From Armatimonadota bacterium (GTDB lineage: Bacteria; Armatimonadota; UBA5829; DTLH01): DNA of 59,849 nucleotides. Under the pieces are notes generated by a model that was not told the origin of the DNA, ran no database searches, and saw only the letters and a program-made list of their open reading frames with translations. A program made the translations under genes and the position numbers. Positions 1 to 9,129 of this stretch are shown here, piece by piece (position 1 is the stretch's first letter; each line of letters opens with the position of its first letter). The stretch lies in the NCBI GenBank assembly GCA_039679675.1, contig JBDKUN010000010.1:1-59849 (forward strand), in the 5' to 3' direction.

Positions 1-14
1 CAGACCAGCTTGAT

Positions 15-40
15 GTAGTGGCCGGTCTCCGTGCCGGCCA
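15..40 (+). repeat. GTAG-type REP-like palindrome
   Basis: GTAG followed by tggccgg...ccggcca inverted repeat. Confidence 0.6.
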
Positions 41-42
41 TC

Positions 43-71
43 TACCCCGTGGACCCACCGGACCACGGGGA
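43..71. repeat. Mini palindromic element family B (taccccgtggacc-N-ggaccacgggg)
   Basis: Near-identical copies at 4425-4453 and tandem at 40246-40308. Confidence 0.85.
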
Positions 72-123
72 GTTCTGCAAGAGCCGGACTCTACCCATGG
101 CTGCTACTAGAAACGGAGACTAC

Positions 124-912
124 TTAGTGTGATATTAAAAGCTTAAGCAATCCGACCGTCTGAGGTTGAATGTCCCCGAAAGCCCCACGGCTCAGAGCTA
201 TCGAGACCGGCAATGCTATCAGCATCCCAACCAGGCCAATACCGAGCTTCAGCGGCAGACCGGCCATCAAAGTGTTCATCTGCGGCATTGCGCGGGAAAT
301 TACCGCGAGCGCGACATCTGCCATGAATACAGCCGCGACTACCGGTGCGGCAATCCTTATCGCTATCGTAAAAAGCCCAACAAAAAGATTGACTGCGCCT
401 GTTGCGACAACCGGGTTTAGCGACATCTGCCCTACCGGGATCAGCCTGAAGCTATCAGCCACTCCCGACAGGAATATATGGTGCGCATTTATCGCGAAAA
501 AGAGCATTCCAGCAAGAAGATAGTGGAACCGGCTCGCAATTGCCGTCTGAGTCCCGGTCACAGGGTCGAACATGGTCGCAAAGCTGAATCCGGCTACAAG
601 GTCTATATAGTCGCCTGCCGACTGTATAGCTGTAAACACAAGCATTACCACAAATCCGATCACCAGGCCGATAAGAGTCTCTTTGGCTATCAGAAGCATC
701 ATCGGGAGCACTTCCACTGCGAGCGTCATATGCGTCGATGCGTTGCAAAGCGGCATAAACACCATAGTCAGCGCAAGCGAAATACCGAGCCTTACCTGAA
801 CTGGAACCTGACTTGTGCCAAAGATCGGGGTCATCGTAAATATCCCGGCTGTCCTCGCAAGCACGAGGACAAACACCTCAATTTGCTGAATTCCAAATGA
901 TGCCAAGTCCAT
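124..912 (-). CDS. fliR: Flagellar export gate protein FliR
   Basis: Hydrophobic 262 aa; GFSFATMFDP and RAMPQMN motifs; follows fliQ. Confidence 0.95.
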   Translation of the reverse strand: MDLASFGIQQIEVFVLVLARTAGIFTMTPIFGTSQVPVQVRLGISLALTMVFMPLCNASTHMTLAVEVLPMMLLIAKETLIGLVIGFVVMLVFTAIQSAGDYIDLVAGFSFATMFDPVTGTQTAIASRFHYLLAGMLFFAINAHHIFLSGVADSFRLIPVGQMSLNPVVATGAVNLFVGLFTIAIRIAAPVVAAVFMADVALAVISRAMPQMNTLMAGLPLKLGIGLVGMLIALPVSIALSRGAFGDIQPQTVGLLKLLISH

Positions 913-1182
913 TTATCTAACCAGAGTCGGGATACTCTCGAACAGGCGGGTCGTATAGCTGACAACCTGGTTCAACATCCAGGGACCGAACGCCGCGATA
1001 GCCACAGCGACCGCAATAATCTTGGGGATGAAAGTCAAACTTGCTTCGTGGATCTGCGTAGCCGCCTGAAATACGCTGACAACCAGACCTACTACCAAGC
1101 CAAGGCCCAAAACAGGGGCACTGACAGTAATAATAAGCACCAGCGCTCTCTGCATAATCTCCATAACGGTCGCATCAGTCAT
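913..1182 (-). CDS. fliQ: Flagellar export gate protein FliQ
   Basis: FQAATQIHEASLTFIPK motif; 89 aa. Confidence 0.97.
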   Translation of the reverse strand: MTDATVMEIMQRALVLIITVSAPVLGLGLVVGLVVSVFQAATQIHEASLTFIPKIIAVAVAIAAFGPWMLNQVVSYTTRLFESIPTLVR

Positions 1183-1191
1183 TTTAATACC

Positions 1192-1938
1192 TCATTGGAA
1201 GCTCAAAGCCAGTGATTTGACGATCAGATGCCATCCATCCACAAGAACGAACAGTAATATCTTGAATGGAAGCGAAATAAGCGATGGCGGCAGCATCATC
1301 ATTCCCATAGACATCAATGTCACGGCTATGACCATATCGATTATCAAAAACGGGATAAATATCAGGAACCCTATGCTGAAAGCAGTCCTGAGTTCACTTA
1401 TAAGGAACGCCGGAATCAGCACGTATGTCGGAACACCAGCTTCTGACGAAGGCCTGCCGACGTGCGCGAGACGTATGAAAAGAGCTACGTCTTTTTCTCT
1501 TACCTGAGAGAACATAAAGTTTCTGATCGGCTGAGAACCTTTATTGAGCGCCTGGTCGAATGTCATTTGTTTCTGCAGATAAGGCTGCAACGCGGTCTTG
1601 TTGATCTGCCCGAAGATGGGAGCCATCGTAAAGAACGTCAGGAAAAGCGCCAGGCCGACGAGCACGCTGTTCGGCGGGATCTGTTGGGTTCCAAGAGCAC
1701 TTCTTGTAAACGCAAGCACTATGACGATGCGTGTGAAAGAAGTCAGCATGATAAGCATCGCCGGAGCCAGCGATAAGAGTGTAAGCACGAGCAGGATCTG
1801 CAGGCTTACAGAAACGTCCTGCGGGCCCTTCGCCGCCTCCACGCCAATATTCAACTTCGGCAAAATCGGTGCAGGCCGCGCCGCTGAACTCATTAGCAGC
1901 ATCAGCAGTCCCGACAGGCAGATTATCCTACGCTTCAT
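1192..1938 (-). CDS. fliP: Flagellar export gate protein FliP (start trimmed to MKRRII signal peptide)
   Basis: [18 protein letters not shown] and [14 protein letters not shown] motifs. Confidence 0.97.
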   Translation of the reverse strand: MKRRIICLSGLLMLLMSSAARPAPILPKLNIGVEAAKGPQDVSVSLQILLVLTLLSLAPAMLIMLTSFTRIVIVLAFTRSALGTQQIPPNSVLVGLALFLTFFTMAPIFGQINKTALQPYLQKQMTFDQALNKGSQPIRNFMFSQVREKDVALFIRLAHVGRPSSEAGVPTYVLIPAFLISELRTAFSIGFLIFIPFLIIDMVIAVTLMSMGMMMLPPSLISLPFKILLFVLVDGWHLIVKSLALSFQ

Positions 1939-2770
1939 CACTGTCACCAGGTTTTCTATCGCTCGATTTCGAAAGCCCGCGCTTTCGGTCCTGAAGATAC
2001 GAAGCGCAGTCTCTGAGAAGTCCTGCAACTCGTCCGGCTGGAGTATTGGAGAATTTTTGTCCCGAATATTTCGCAAGATACTCCGCGAACTTACTGCTTT
2101 CCACCGGAGCAGGCTCTTCTGCTTTTTCCTCTTCGATCTCCGCCAGCAGGTTTACCTGGCCGGACGAAGAACCGATGAGAAGCCTCTTTCCGCCGACTTC
2201 CACCAGGTGAAGGTTGCTCGCATTGTTCAGCTTGACCGTATCGATCACCTTCATATTTCTGCGGGTGGCTGGCGAGGCATCGCGCTTATTTGACAGCAAT
2301 TTCAATGCCAGGATAGTGAAGTAGGCAAGTGCAAGAACGACGAGCAGTTTGAAGATAGTCAGGATTACAGTGCCGAAGGTAACGGCACCGGCCTTTTGCT
2401 GATCATTACCGTTCTTCTCGTGTTCATGCATCAGGACGATCTTATCCTGCCGTAGAGGTGCGTTTTTCGCTGTTGAAGCAGTCTTGGGAATATTGGCAGC
2501 TTCCGGTTTCGGCGATTGGACGGGCACAACACCCACTACGATCTTATCGCCTATCTGAAGCTTGGCCAGGTTGCGGCCGGGGTTAAGATGCTTAAGTTTG
2601 TCTAGGTCCAGGCCATATTTCTTAGCAATATCAATGGAAAGCTGGCCTTTCTGGACGATATGCACCTTTGTCTGGATCAGTTTTGTTGTGTCAGCGGATT
2701 GGGAATAAGCTGCGCCGCAAGCAAGGAGCAGGCACACCAATCCAATCGTTGCCGGTAATAGTCTTCGCAT
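1928..2770 (-). CDS. fliO: FliO-like protein with N-terminal signal peptide and LysM domain
   Basis: LysM-like HIVQKG..IAKKYG..LKHLN..LQIGDKI; TM helix; FliO-like [23 protein letters not shown]; located between fliN and fliP. Confidence 0.85.
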   Translation of the reverse strand: MRRLLPATIGLVCLLLACGAAYSQSADTTKLIQTKVHIVQKGQLSIDIAKKYGLDLDKLKHLNPGRNLAKLQIGDKIVVGVVPVQSPKPEAANIPKTASTAKNAPLRQDKIVLMHEHEKNGNDQQKAGAVTFGTVILTIFKLLVVLALAYFTILALKLLSNKRDASPATRRNMKVIDTVKLNNASNLHLVEVGGKRLLIGSSSGQVNLLAEIEEEKAEEPAPVESSKFAEYLAKYSGQKFSNTPAGRVAGLLRDCASYLQDRKRGLSKSSDRKPGDSDEA

Positions 2771-2821
2771 CGTTTGAGTTCCTTTAGCAAGCGTCATTCG
2801 CTTCACGAACAACGTCGGTTA

Positions 2822-3247
2822 TTACAGGGAAACCGCAGCATTACCACGGTTTATGATCTCCGTCACCCTTACGCCGAAGTTCTCATCGACTACGACGACT
2901 TCGCCCCGTGCTATAGGACGCCCGTTTACGAGTATATCTACCGGCTCTCCGCCCAACTTATTGAGCTCGACTACAGCCCCCGGACCGAGTTGAAGGACCT
3001 CACGCACAGGCATGGAGGCTCTCCCCAACTCGACACTCAGTTCGAGCTGCACATCAAGCAGTATATCCATTGTATTAGTCGCCCCTCCGGTCCCTATGGA
3101 CTCAAGTGGGGCAAAACGCGCCGATTTGACTGAGGAGCTATTCCCCTCCGGCGATGCTGAAGGCTCGCTGTCGACGACCTCCAACTCAACATTGTCCGTC
3201 TCCAGCGGTACTTGCTGCTCATCTGCCGCTTTGGCGTTCTTCCTCAA
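2822..3247 (-). CDS. fliN: Flagellar motor switch protein FliN
   Basis: LLDVQLELSVELG...IARGEVVVVDENFGVRVTEI. Confidence 0.96.
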   Translation of the reverse strand: MRKNAKAADEQQVPLETDNVELEVVDSEPSASPEGNSSSVKSARFAPLESIGTGGATNTMDILLDVQLELSVELGRASMPVREVLQLGPGAVVELNKLGGEPVDILVNGRPIARGEVVVVDENFGVRVTEIINRGNAAVSL

Positions 3248-3270
3248 TTTCGTATCCTCCTAGCAGGTAG

Positions 3271-4281
3271 CTAGGCATCGAGTGCATCGGCTGAAGCAGC
3301 AGGCCCCCTTTCGCTTTCGGAATCAGCATCCGTAGTCCGTTCCGAAATTTGCACGGCAAGTTTGGTCCCGATCAGTCCCGGTCTTCCGCAGAACTTCGTT
3401 TCTCCCTGGACTTTAACATCCAGAAGCTCATCCACGGACTTATCGAGCCTGATAACATCACCTACATCTATGCCGATGATGTCCTGCATGCTTACTTTAG
3501 CCTTACCGAGCTCCACAACCGTCTGGACAGAAACATCCTTAATAAGCGCCGACGGTGTTGCGGCCTGTTGTTTTTGATCTTCGCTCGGCTTGCCTCGAAG
3601 CCACTGCTCAGGAGTCAGCAAATCCCGTACCAGGTCTATCGAGCTGGTAGGCATGATAATTACGATCTTATGTTCAAGCGGGCCGGTGTTCCAGGTGAAA
3701 CCAACCGCCAGCATCATTTCCTCAGGAAGAATTTCGATGTCTTCCGCTGAACTATGTATCTTCGAGATGGCGACATCTAAATCAATCAGTGGTTTCCAGG
3801 CTGATTGGAGGTCCTCTGCCAGGCGATCAAGCAGTTTCTGAAGGATTCGCTGTTCGATCATCGTCAGTTCGCGCGGCTCGCGGATGGACTGAGTTCTGCC
3901 GCCGGCCATACGGCTGATAAACCCCAATCCTGAAGCTGCAGACATCTGGAGGTACGTCGCACCAGAGAGCGGCTTCATCGTCAAAGCCGTAATTATGCTT
4001 CCAGAGGGAAATGATTCCACGCAAGATTCAAATGTCACCTGCTCTACCGAGTCCAACGTGACAACTGTCTCGTCTTTGAGCACCGATGTCAAAGTGCTGG
4101 CCCACGTGCGCTCAAGAGAAGACATCATCGACTGAATTACACGCAAATGCACCTTGGACAGCTTATCGGGATGAGCAAAATCGTACGCTCTGACCTGCTT
4201 AACGCGCTTCGCAGACGCATTTCCATCGGCGTTTTTCATTGCCTGCGAGAATTCTTCCATTTCTTCCGGTGATAAATTCAT
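3271..4281 (-). CDS. fliM: Flagellar motor switch protein FliM
   Basis: YDFAHPDKLSK, RELTMIE, C-terminal SpoA domain. Confidence 0.92.
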   Translation of the reverse strand: MNLSPEEMEEFSQAMKNADGNASAKRVKQVRAYDFAHPDKLSKVHLRVIQSMMSSLERTWASTLTSVLKDETVVTLDSVEQVTFESCVESFPSGSIITALTMKPLSGATYLQMSAASGLGFISRMAGGRTQSIREPRELTMIEQRILQKLLDRLAEDLQSAWKPLIDLDVAISKIHSSAEDIEILPEEMMLAVGFTWNTGPLEHKIVIIMPTSSIDLVRDLLTPEQWLRGKPSEDQKQQAATPSALIKDVSVQTVVELGKAKVSMQDIIGIDVGDVIRLDKSVDELLDVKVQGETKFCGRPGLIGTKLAVQISERTTDADSESERGPAASADALDA

Positions 4282-4317
4282 TTATCTTTCCTTAGAGAAT
4301 CAAGGATACAGGACGCA

Positions 4318-4508
4318 AGGATTTAGGAATTTAGATGCGGTGGAGACTCGTGCTTCGGGATGTTATCCCGAAGCATAAGAGAATAGATTCCTCAAATCCT
4401 ATGCTTCGGGACCGCAGTTCGTCCTACCCCGTGGACCCAATGGACCACAGGGAGAAGCAAAAATCTCCACAATTCCCCTAAATTCTAAATCCTCAAATTC
4501 TAGATCCT
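4318..4508. repeat. Composite BIME-like intergenic repeat: two family-A palindromes (tgcttcggga...tcccgaagca), one interrupted by family B, flanked by inverted ggatttag/ctaaatcc-type short repeats
   Basis: Palindromes at 4351-4375 and 4402-4459; similar flank context at 59679-59727, 42734-42780 and 20679-20725. Confidence 0.85.
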
Positions 4509-4511
4509 ATT

Positions 4512-4976
4512 TTACTGCATCGTAAATGACGTAAAGAAGACGTCATGCACTTTTGTTTGCTTAAGCACAGAATTAAGCTGTTTCTTTAATTCTTCCTTGA
4601 GGACTGTTTTTCCTTTTTCGGTAAGCAAATCGGAGTATTTTTTGCTCGAAAGCACGTCTATGACCGTATCACGAACCTTGGCTTCTTCCGGATTGGCAGC
4701 TTTTTCGCCTTCTCCGCCGCCCTTCGGAGCCCCTTCGACCGAAAGGGATACATCTATTTTAAGGTATCTGGACTCGTCAGCATCAGCAAGGTTCACAACG
4801 AACTCATCGAGCTTCCACTCTGTAAGCTCGACAGGTTTTGGAGCGCTTTTTCCCTTCTTCCCGAATTTCAGAAACGCACCAGCACCTACCAGGGAGACTA
4901 CCAATATGATGATAATCAATCTTATCGGCAGCCCTCCTGAATTATCTCTTATCAACTTCAATCTCTCACCTCTCAC
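4512..4976 (-). CDS. fliL: Flagellar basal-body associated FliL
   Basis: N-terminal TM; EFVVNLAD; VFFTSFTMQ C-terminus. Confidence 0.93.
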   Translation of the reverse strand: MRGERLKLIRDNSGGLPIRLIIIILVVSLVGAGAFLKFGKKGKSAPKPVELTEWKLDEFVVNLADADESRYLKIDVSLSVEGAPKGGGEGEKAANPEEAKVRDTVIDVLSSKKYSDLLTEKGKTVLKEELKKQLNSVLKQTKVHDVFFTSFTMQ

Positions 4977-5694
4977 TATTGTGGTAGCCCGATCTCAGGA
5001 CTACTAGATCAACACGCCTGTTAAGCGCACGATTTTTCTCGTTTATGTTCGGAACCAGCGGTTTACTATCAGCATAACCTGCAGCCGATAGCCTGTCGGA
5101 AGGAATCTTGCACGCCTCGATCATATATCGGATAACAACCGTTGCTCTCGCTGTCGAAAGCTCCCAATTTGATGGGTATTTATCCGATAAAATCGGTAAA
5201 TTGCATGTGTGGCCTTCCACCCGCACCTGGTTTGGAACCTGCTTCAAGACGGCAGCGATGCCGCCGATTATCTTCTTTGAGCTATCTGACAAATCCGCCT
5301 GGCCTCTTGCGAAAAGAACCTTATCCGTTACCAGGCTGACAACCAGGCCGCGTTCATCTATACGGAACCTTACCGACTTCTCAAGGTGCTCTTTCTGCAC
5401 GAACTTCTGAAGCTTTTCAATAACATCCTTCGGCACTCCGGGTGTGACTGCGTTTTTTTTATTCTGATTACTACTGGGCATGCTGTTTTTCGCAAGTCCG
5501 CCGAACCCGCTTCTGATCGATATCGCAACCTCTTTGAAGCTGTCCATGTTCAAAATGGACATCGAGTAGAGCATTATAAAAAATGTCATCAAGAGCGTGA
5601 TCATGTCCGCGTACGTCAAAAGCCAGCGCGACGAACTGGTGTCAGTGGCGCTATGCTTGCCGTCATTTGCGGACAATCTCCGCCTTCGTGCCAA
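4966..5694 (-). CDS. motB: Stator subunit MotB/MotS with OmpA-like domain
   Basis: WLLTYADMITLL; NWELSTARA; NRRVD. Confidence 0.96.
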   Translation of the reverse strand: MARRRRLSANDGKHSATDTSSSRWLLTYADMITLLMTFFIMLYSMSILNMDSFKEVAISIRSGFGGLAKNSMPSSNQNKKNAVTPGVPKDVIEKLQKFVQKEHLEKSVRFRIDERGLVVSLVTDKVLFARGQADLSDSSKKIIGGIAAVLKQVPNQVRVEGHTCNLPILSDKYPSNWELSTARATVVIRYMIEACKIPSDRLSAAGYADSKPLVPNINEKNRALNRRVDLVVLRSGYHNSER

Positions 5695-5695
5695 A

Positions 5696-6472
5696 TCAGT
5701 GCTCTCCTCGTGTCAATAGTGACCGTTGTTTTGGAGGAAGGAAGGCAAGCATTTTTACCTCTACCATCCTCGGGTTATCTCCGGCCTGAATCGATAAAAT
5801 CCCTTCGACCATCATATCGTAAGCTATAATCTCTTCAGTAGTCCTGGCTTTGAGTTTCGACCCGATAGGCAGAAGCACCAAATTTGCAAATCCTACGCCG
5901 TAAAGAGTCGCTATGAATGCCGATGCGATAGCCGGGCCCATTTTTCTCGGCTGGTCCAGGCTCGTAAGCATATGAATGAGCCCCATAACTGTCCCGATAA
6001 TTCCAAGTGTCGGGGCAAATCCCCCCATGGTGGTGAAAATGTTCTCACCCACCTTATGCCGCTCCTGCAGCGAAACGATTTCCGTCTCAAGAATCTCCCT
6101 AACCATCTCGGATGGTGTGCCGTCTATGACAAGATGTATGCCCATCTGCAGGAACTTATTGTCTATGTGTTTTACTTCGTTCTCCAGCGCGAGAATTCCA
6201 TCTTTTCGAGCCTTACGGGCGAAAGTCACCATAATTGCGATGATCCGCATGAGATCCGTATCTTTGCAGAAGAATGCTTTTCTGATTATCGACGGCAAGC
6301 CGGTGATCTGCTTCAGTGAAAATGCCACGATTGTAGCCCCCACAGTGCCGCCGATCACGAGTACAAGCGCAGAAGGGTTCAGCAGGTCACCGACTCTGCC
6401 ACCCTCCATAAAAAGTGCAACCAGCAATGCTCCCCATGCAAGCAGAAAACCAAATATTGTAGCTAAATCCAT
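5696..6472 (-). CDS. motA: Stator subunit MotA/MotP
   Basis: ARKDGILALE; APTLGIIGTVMGLI; ATLYG. Confidence 0.96.
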   Translation of the reverse strand: MDLATIFGFLLAWGALLVALFMEGGRVGDLLNPSALVLVIGGTVGATIVAFSLKQITGLPSIIRKAFFCKDTDLMRIIAIMVTFARKARKDGILALENEVKHIDNKFLQMGIHLVIDGTPSEMVREILETEIVSLQERHKVGENIFTTMGGFAPTLGIIGTVMGLIHMLTSLDQPRKMGPAIASAFIATLYGVGFANLVLLPIGSKLKARTTEEIIAYDMMVEGILSIQAGDNPRMVEVKMLAFLPPKQRSLLTRGEH

Positions 6473-6499
6473 TAGATCCGGCTCTTCCTTCCGTGGATA

Positions 6500-6730
6500 T
6501 TACTCGCAGCCAAAGCGTGTCTCAGGCGAGTTCGCGGATTCCTGTGCTGGAGCCCCTATCCGGCGGCGAAACTCGACTACCTTGTCTATCACCTCATGGA
6601 CGGATTCCTTTACGATCATCTTCTTGCCTGTAGAAAGCGAAATAATCGTATCCGGGGTAGCTTCGATGAACTCTATAAGGTCAGAATTCAACGTTATCTT
6701 CGTGCCGTTTATCAAACTAAGCTCTATCAT
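6500..6730 (-). CDS. flbD: FlbD/SwrD family flagellar protein
   Basis: LNSDLIEFIEATPDTIISL motif; located between flgE and motA. Confidence 0.9.
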   Translation of the reverse strand: MIELSLINGTKITLNSDLIEFIEATPDTIISLSTGKKMIVKESVHEVIDKVVEFRRRIGAPAQESANSPETRFGCE

Positions 6731-6746
6731 AAAGACACATCCTTAG

Positions 6747-6784
6747 AAAAAATGCGGCCCATCGCTCGCCCTTGATGGGCCGCA
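6747..6784 (-). terminator. Intrinsic terminator after flgE
   Basis: tgcggcccatc...gatgggccgca stem followed by T-run on minus strand. Confidence 0.75.
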
Positions 6785-6794
6785 ATCAGTGTTT

Positions 6795-8036
6795 CTATCG
6801 CTTGAGCTGGACAAGCTCCTGGAGAAGCTCATCTGATGTAGTAATAATCCGCGAGTTTGCCTGGAAACCGCGCTGTGCGACTATCATATTGGCGAACTCT
6901 GAGGAAAGGTCCACGTTAGACGACTCCAGATAACCGGCTGTAATACTTCCAAAACTACCGTCGGAAGCACCCCCGACCTGCGGCAGGCCTGAGTTGCCTG
7001 TCTCTACGAGCTTGTTGTTTCCGGCCTGGCTCAAACCTGCTGAGTTACTGAATTGCGCCAGAGCCAGTTTGGCAAGCACCTGAGTCATACCATTATCGAA
7101 TGTGCCGGTTATAACTCCATCACTGGCTATCGTGAAGTCACTCAACTCACCAAGAGGAAGACCATCTTGTGAAAGGAGCTTTGCCGTAGGATCGCCGCTG
7201 AGCTGAGTCATAGCCTGAAAGTTCAAAGACATATCTATCGCGCTATCCGCTCCACCAGGCGTTGCCAGTGTCAATGTGACGTTCGAGCTATTGTTCAGAC
7301 ACGCTCCCTTTGTATTGAAATTGATTGTTCCGCTTCCAACCACTCCAGTTGCATCAGCACTCGTGGCGTTCCATGTCCATTCCCCGGCATTAGCTGTCTT
7401 CGTGAAAGTAACCTTAAGGGGATGAGTGGAACCGAGCGAATCATACACATCAAAACTGACATCACAAGTGGTGCCTGCAGCTGATTCCGAATTCAGGTTT
7501 CCTCCAAGAGAAACATTCGCTGTCTCTCTGGCTACAGCAAGCTGCCCGACGGGTAGTTTTATCCCTGATGCTGCCGTAATCGTAGAAGTAGTATCGATAT
7601 TTCCGGTAATCGGATCTGCTGTCCAACCCAGAACCTTCAATCCTGAGCTCGAAGCCACCAAACTACCGTCTGCATCGAGCGAAAAAGCCCCATCCCTTGT
7701 GTAATATTTACCTTGTCCATCACCAAGGATCAAATATCCGCTGCCGTCTATCGCCACATCCGTAGATTTGCCGGTTGAGACGAGAGAGCCCTGAGTCTGG
7801 TTGACATCTATGCTTCCGATGCCGACCCCAAGACCGATCTGCTGTGGGTTCGTGCCGCCCAGATTGCCGCTCGGTGCACCGGCGCCCTGTATTGTCTGGC
7901 TGAGCATCTCGCTAAAACTAACTCTGCTCCCTTTGTATCCGGTCGTGTTTATATTTGCAATATTATTGCTGATAACGTCCATCTCAGTCTTGTGTGCCTT
8001 CAGACCAGCTACACCATTATACATTGCCTGAATCAT
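6795..8036 (-). CDS. flgE: Flagellar hook protein FlgE
   Basis: NNIANINTTGYK; YTRDGAF; LESSNVDLS..MIVAQRGFQAN. Confidence 0.96.
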   Translation of the reverse strand: MIQAMYNGVAGLKAHKTEMDVISNNIANINTTGYKGSRVSFSEMLSQTIQGAGAPSGNLGGTNPQQIGLGVGIGSIDVNQTQGSLVSTGKSTDVAIDGSGYLILGDGQGKYYTRDGAFSLDADGSLVASSSGLKVLGWTADPITGNIDTTSTITAASGIKLPVGQLAVARETANVSLGGNLNSESAAGTTCDVSFDVYDSLGSTHPLKVTFTKTANAGEWTWNATSADATGVVGSGTINFNTKGACLNNSSNVTLTLATPGGADSAIDMSLNFQAMTQLSGDPTAKLLSQDGLPLGELSDFTIASDGVITGTFDNGMTQVLAKLALAQFSNSAGLSQAGNNKLVETGNSGLPQVGGASDGSFGSITAGYLESSNVDLSSEFANMIVAQRGFQANSRIITTSDELLQELVQLKR

Positions 8037-8046
8037 TCTGTTTTGA

Positions 8047-8126
8047 CCTCCTGAAGATTAACTTCATCTATGGTGTACCGTCCGCGTATCGAACGGTACT
8101 GGGCCTCCTCAGCCGAGGTCCGGCCC
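8047..8126 (-). promoter_or_regulatory. Structured RNA leader upstream of flgE (two adjacent hairpins plus an RBS-proximal hairpin)
   Basis: GGGCC-GGA-CCTC-GGCT-GAGG-A-GGCCC and GTACCGT...ACGGTAC stems. Confidence 0.5.
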
Positions 8127-8141
8127 TATGCGCTCTCCCGC

Positions 8142-8519
8142 CTATGCGATAACAACGCTGTCAATATTGGTGAAAACCCCTTCTTTTCTCCGCGCCTCAT
8201 CTACCGCTGTGATCACGACTTTATTTTTGACGCTCACGACAAATGCCAGGTCGTCCATCATGATGAGAGACTGGTTGGAGCCTTTTTCTTCAGCTCTCGT
8301 TACTGCCTCATCAAGACGTTTGATATCTGTCTCTGTGAGCTTTACCTGAGACGAATCGAGACGCTTTTGAGCATGCGAAGAGATCTTCAGCGACTCTTGT
8401 CGCTCTGTCTCACGTGCAAGGTGTTCTGCAAACCCCCCTTGCTTTCCGGCCGTTGCGGCTCCGGCCCGGTTAACAGTCGAATTTACAGATGGAACAGTAA
8501 GATTCAGCCTGTTTACCAT
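8142..8519 (-). CDS. Putative flagellar operon protein (TIGR02530-like)
   Basis: LKISSHAQKRL; KG...SLI; VFTNIDSVVI; located before flgE. Confidence 0.88.
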   Translation of the reverse strand: MVNRLNLTVPSVNSTVNRAGAATAGKQGGFAEHLARETERQESLKISSHAQKRLDSSQVKLTETDIKRLDEAVTRAEEKGSNQSLIMMDDLAFVVSVKNKVVITAVDEARRKEGVFTNIDSVVIA

Positions 8520-8971
8520 TTCCTCACCGCCACATTCACTTTCAGTTCGCCTGCTTCGGTATCAATCGGTATCGAAAGCGCCGGTTCCGGCACGGCGAAC
8601 TCCACGTTCATCCCCTGGAATACAATAGGGCTGCTGATTTCACAGTCGATTCCCTGCTCAGATAAGACCCGGTCTGTCTGTTCGGCCAACATTACGCCCA
8701 ACTGGCTCAGGCCGAAGCCTGCCGTCCGCCCGAACCCCCTTGTCTCTGCTCCCATAACGGAAGTTATCAACTTTTGAGCTGTTTCACTCGACATGCTGTA
8801 AACCACATCACCCTTCAGAGAGCCATCGATCCTTGCGGCGATATTCGTGCTCGCCGTGGGGAATGTTGTCCCAAGCAGTGAAAGCATACCGGGTTCGACT
8901 GAACCTCCGGATACCTGCTCCAGGACTGAACGTGCTGCTTCCACGAATGGCTCCATGTATTCTACTTTCAA
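8513..8971 (-). CDS. cheX: CheX-family protein with degenerate active site
   Basis: MKVEYMEPFVEA start; G.L.GDVVYSM; CEISSPIVFQG; ExxN replaced by QLGV. Confidence 0.75.
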   Translation of the reverse strand: MKVEYMEPFVEAARSVLEQVSGGSVEPGMLSLLGTTFPTASTNIAARIDGSLKGDVVYSMSSETAQKLITSVMGAETRGFGRTAGFGLSQLGVMLAEQTDRVLSEQGIDCEISSPIVFQGMNVEFAVPEPALSIPIDTEAGELKVNVAVRKW

Positions 8972-9027
8972 GCAGATCCCATCCTAACTGTCGTGATCGA
9001 ACGGGGTGCTCGTCTCCAAGCTATTAC

Positions 9028-9043
9028 AGCAATTCACGTACCT
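9028..9043 (-). promoter_or_regulatory. Sigma54 promoter upstream of cheX-like gene
   Basis: Minus strand AGGTAC-GTGAA-TTGCT fits GG-N10-GC (-24/-12). Confidence 0.7.
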
Positions 9044-9093
9044 GCAGATGCCAGCCATAGCTGAAACTCTGCAGTAAAATATTGTCAAGGAAC

Positions 9094-9116
9094 TGCCCCG
9101 CACAAAAAGCGGGGCA
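9094..9116 (-). terminator. Hairpin after flgD, possible terminator
   Basis: tgccccgc...gcggggca perfect 8-bp stem; weak U tract. Confidence 0.5.
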
Positions 9117-9129
9117 TCTACAAAAGGTG

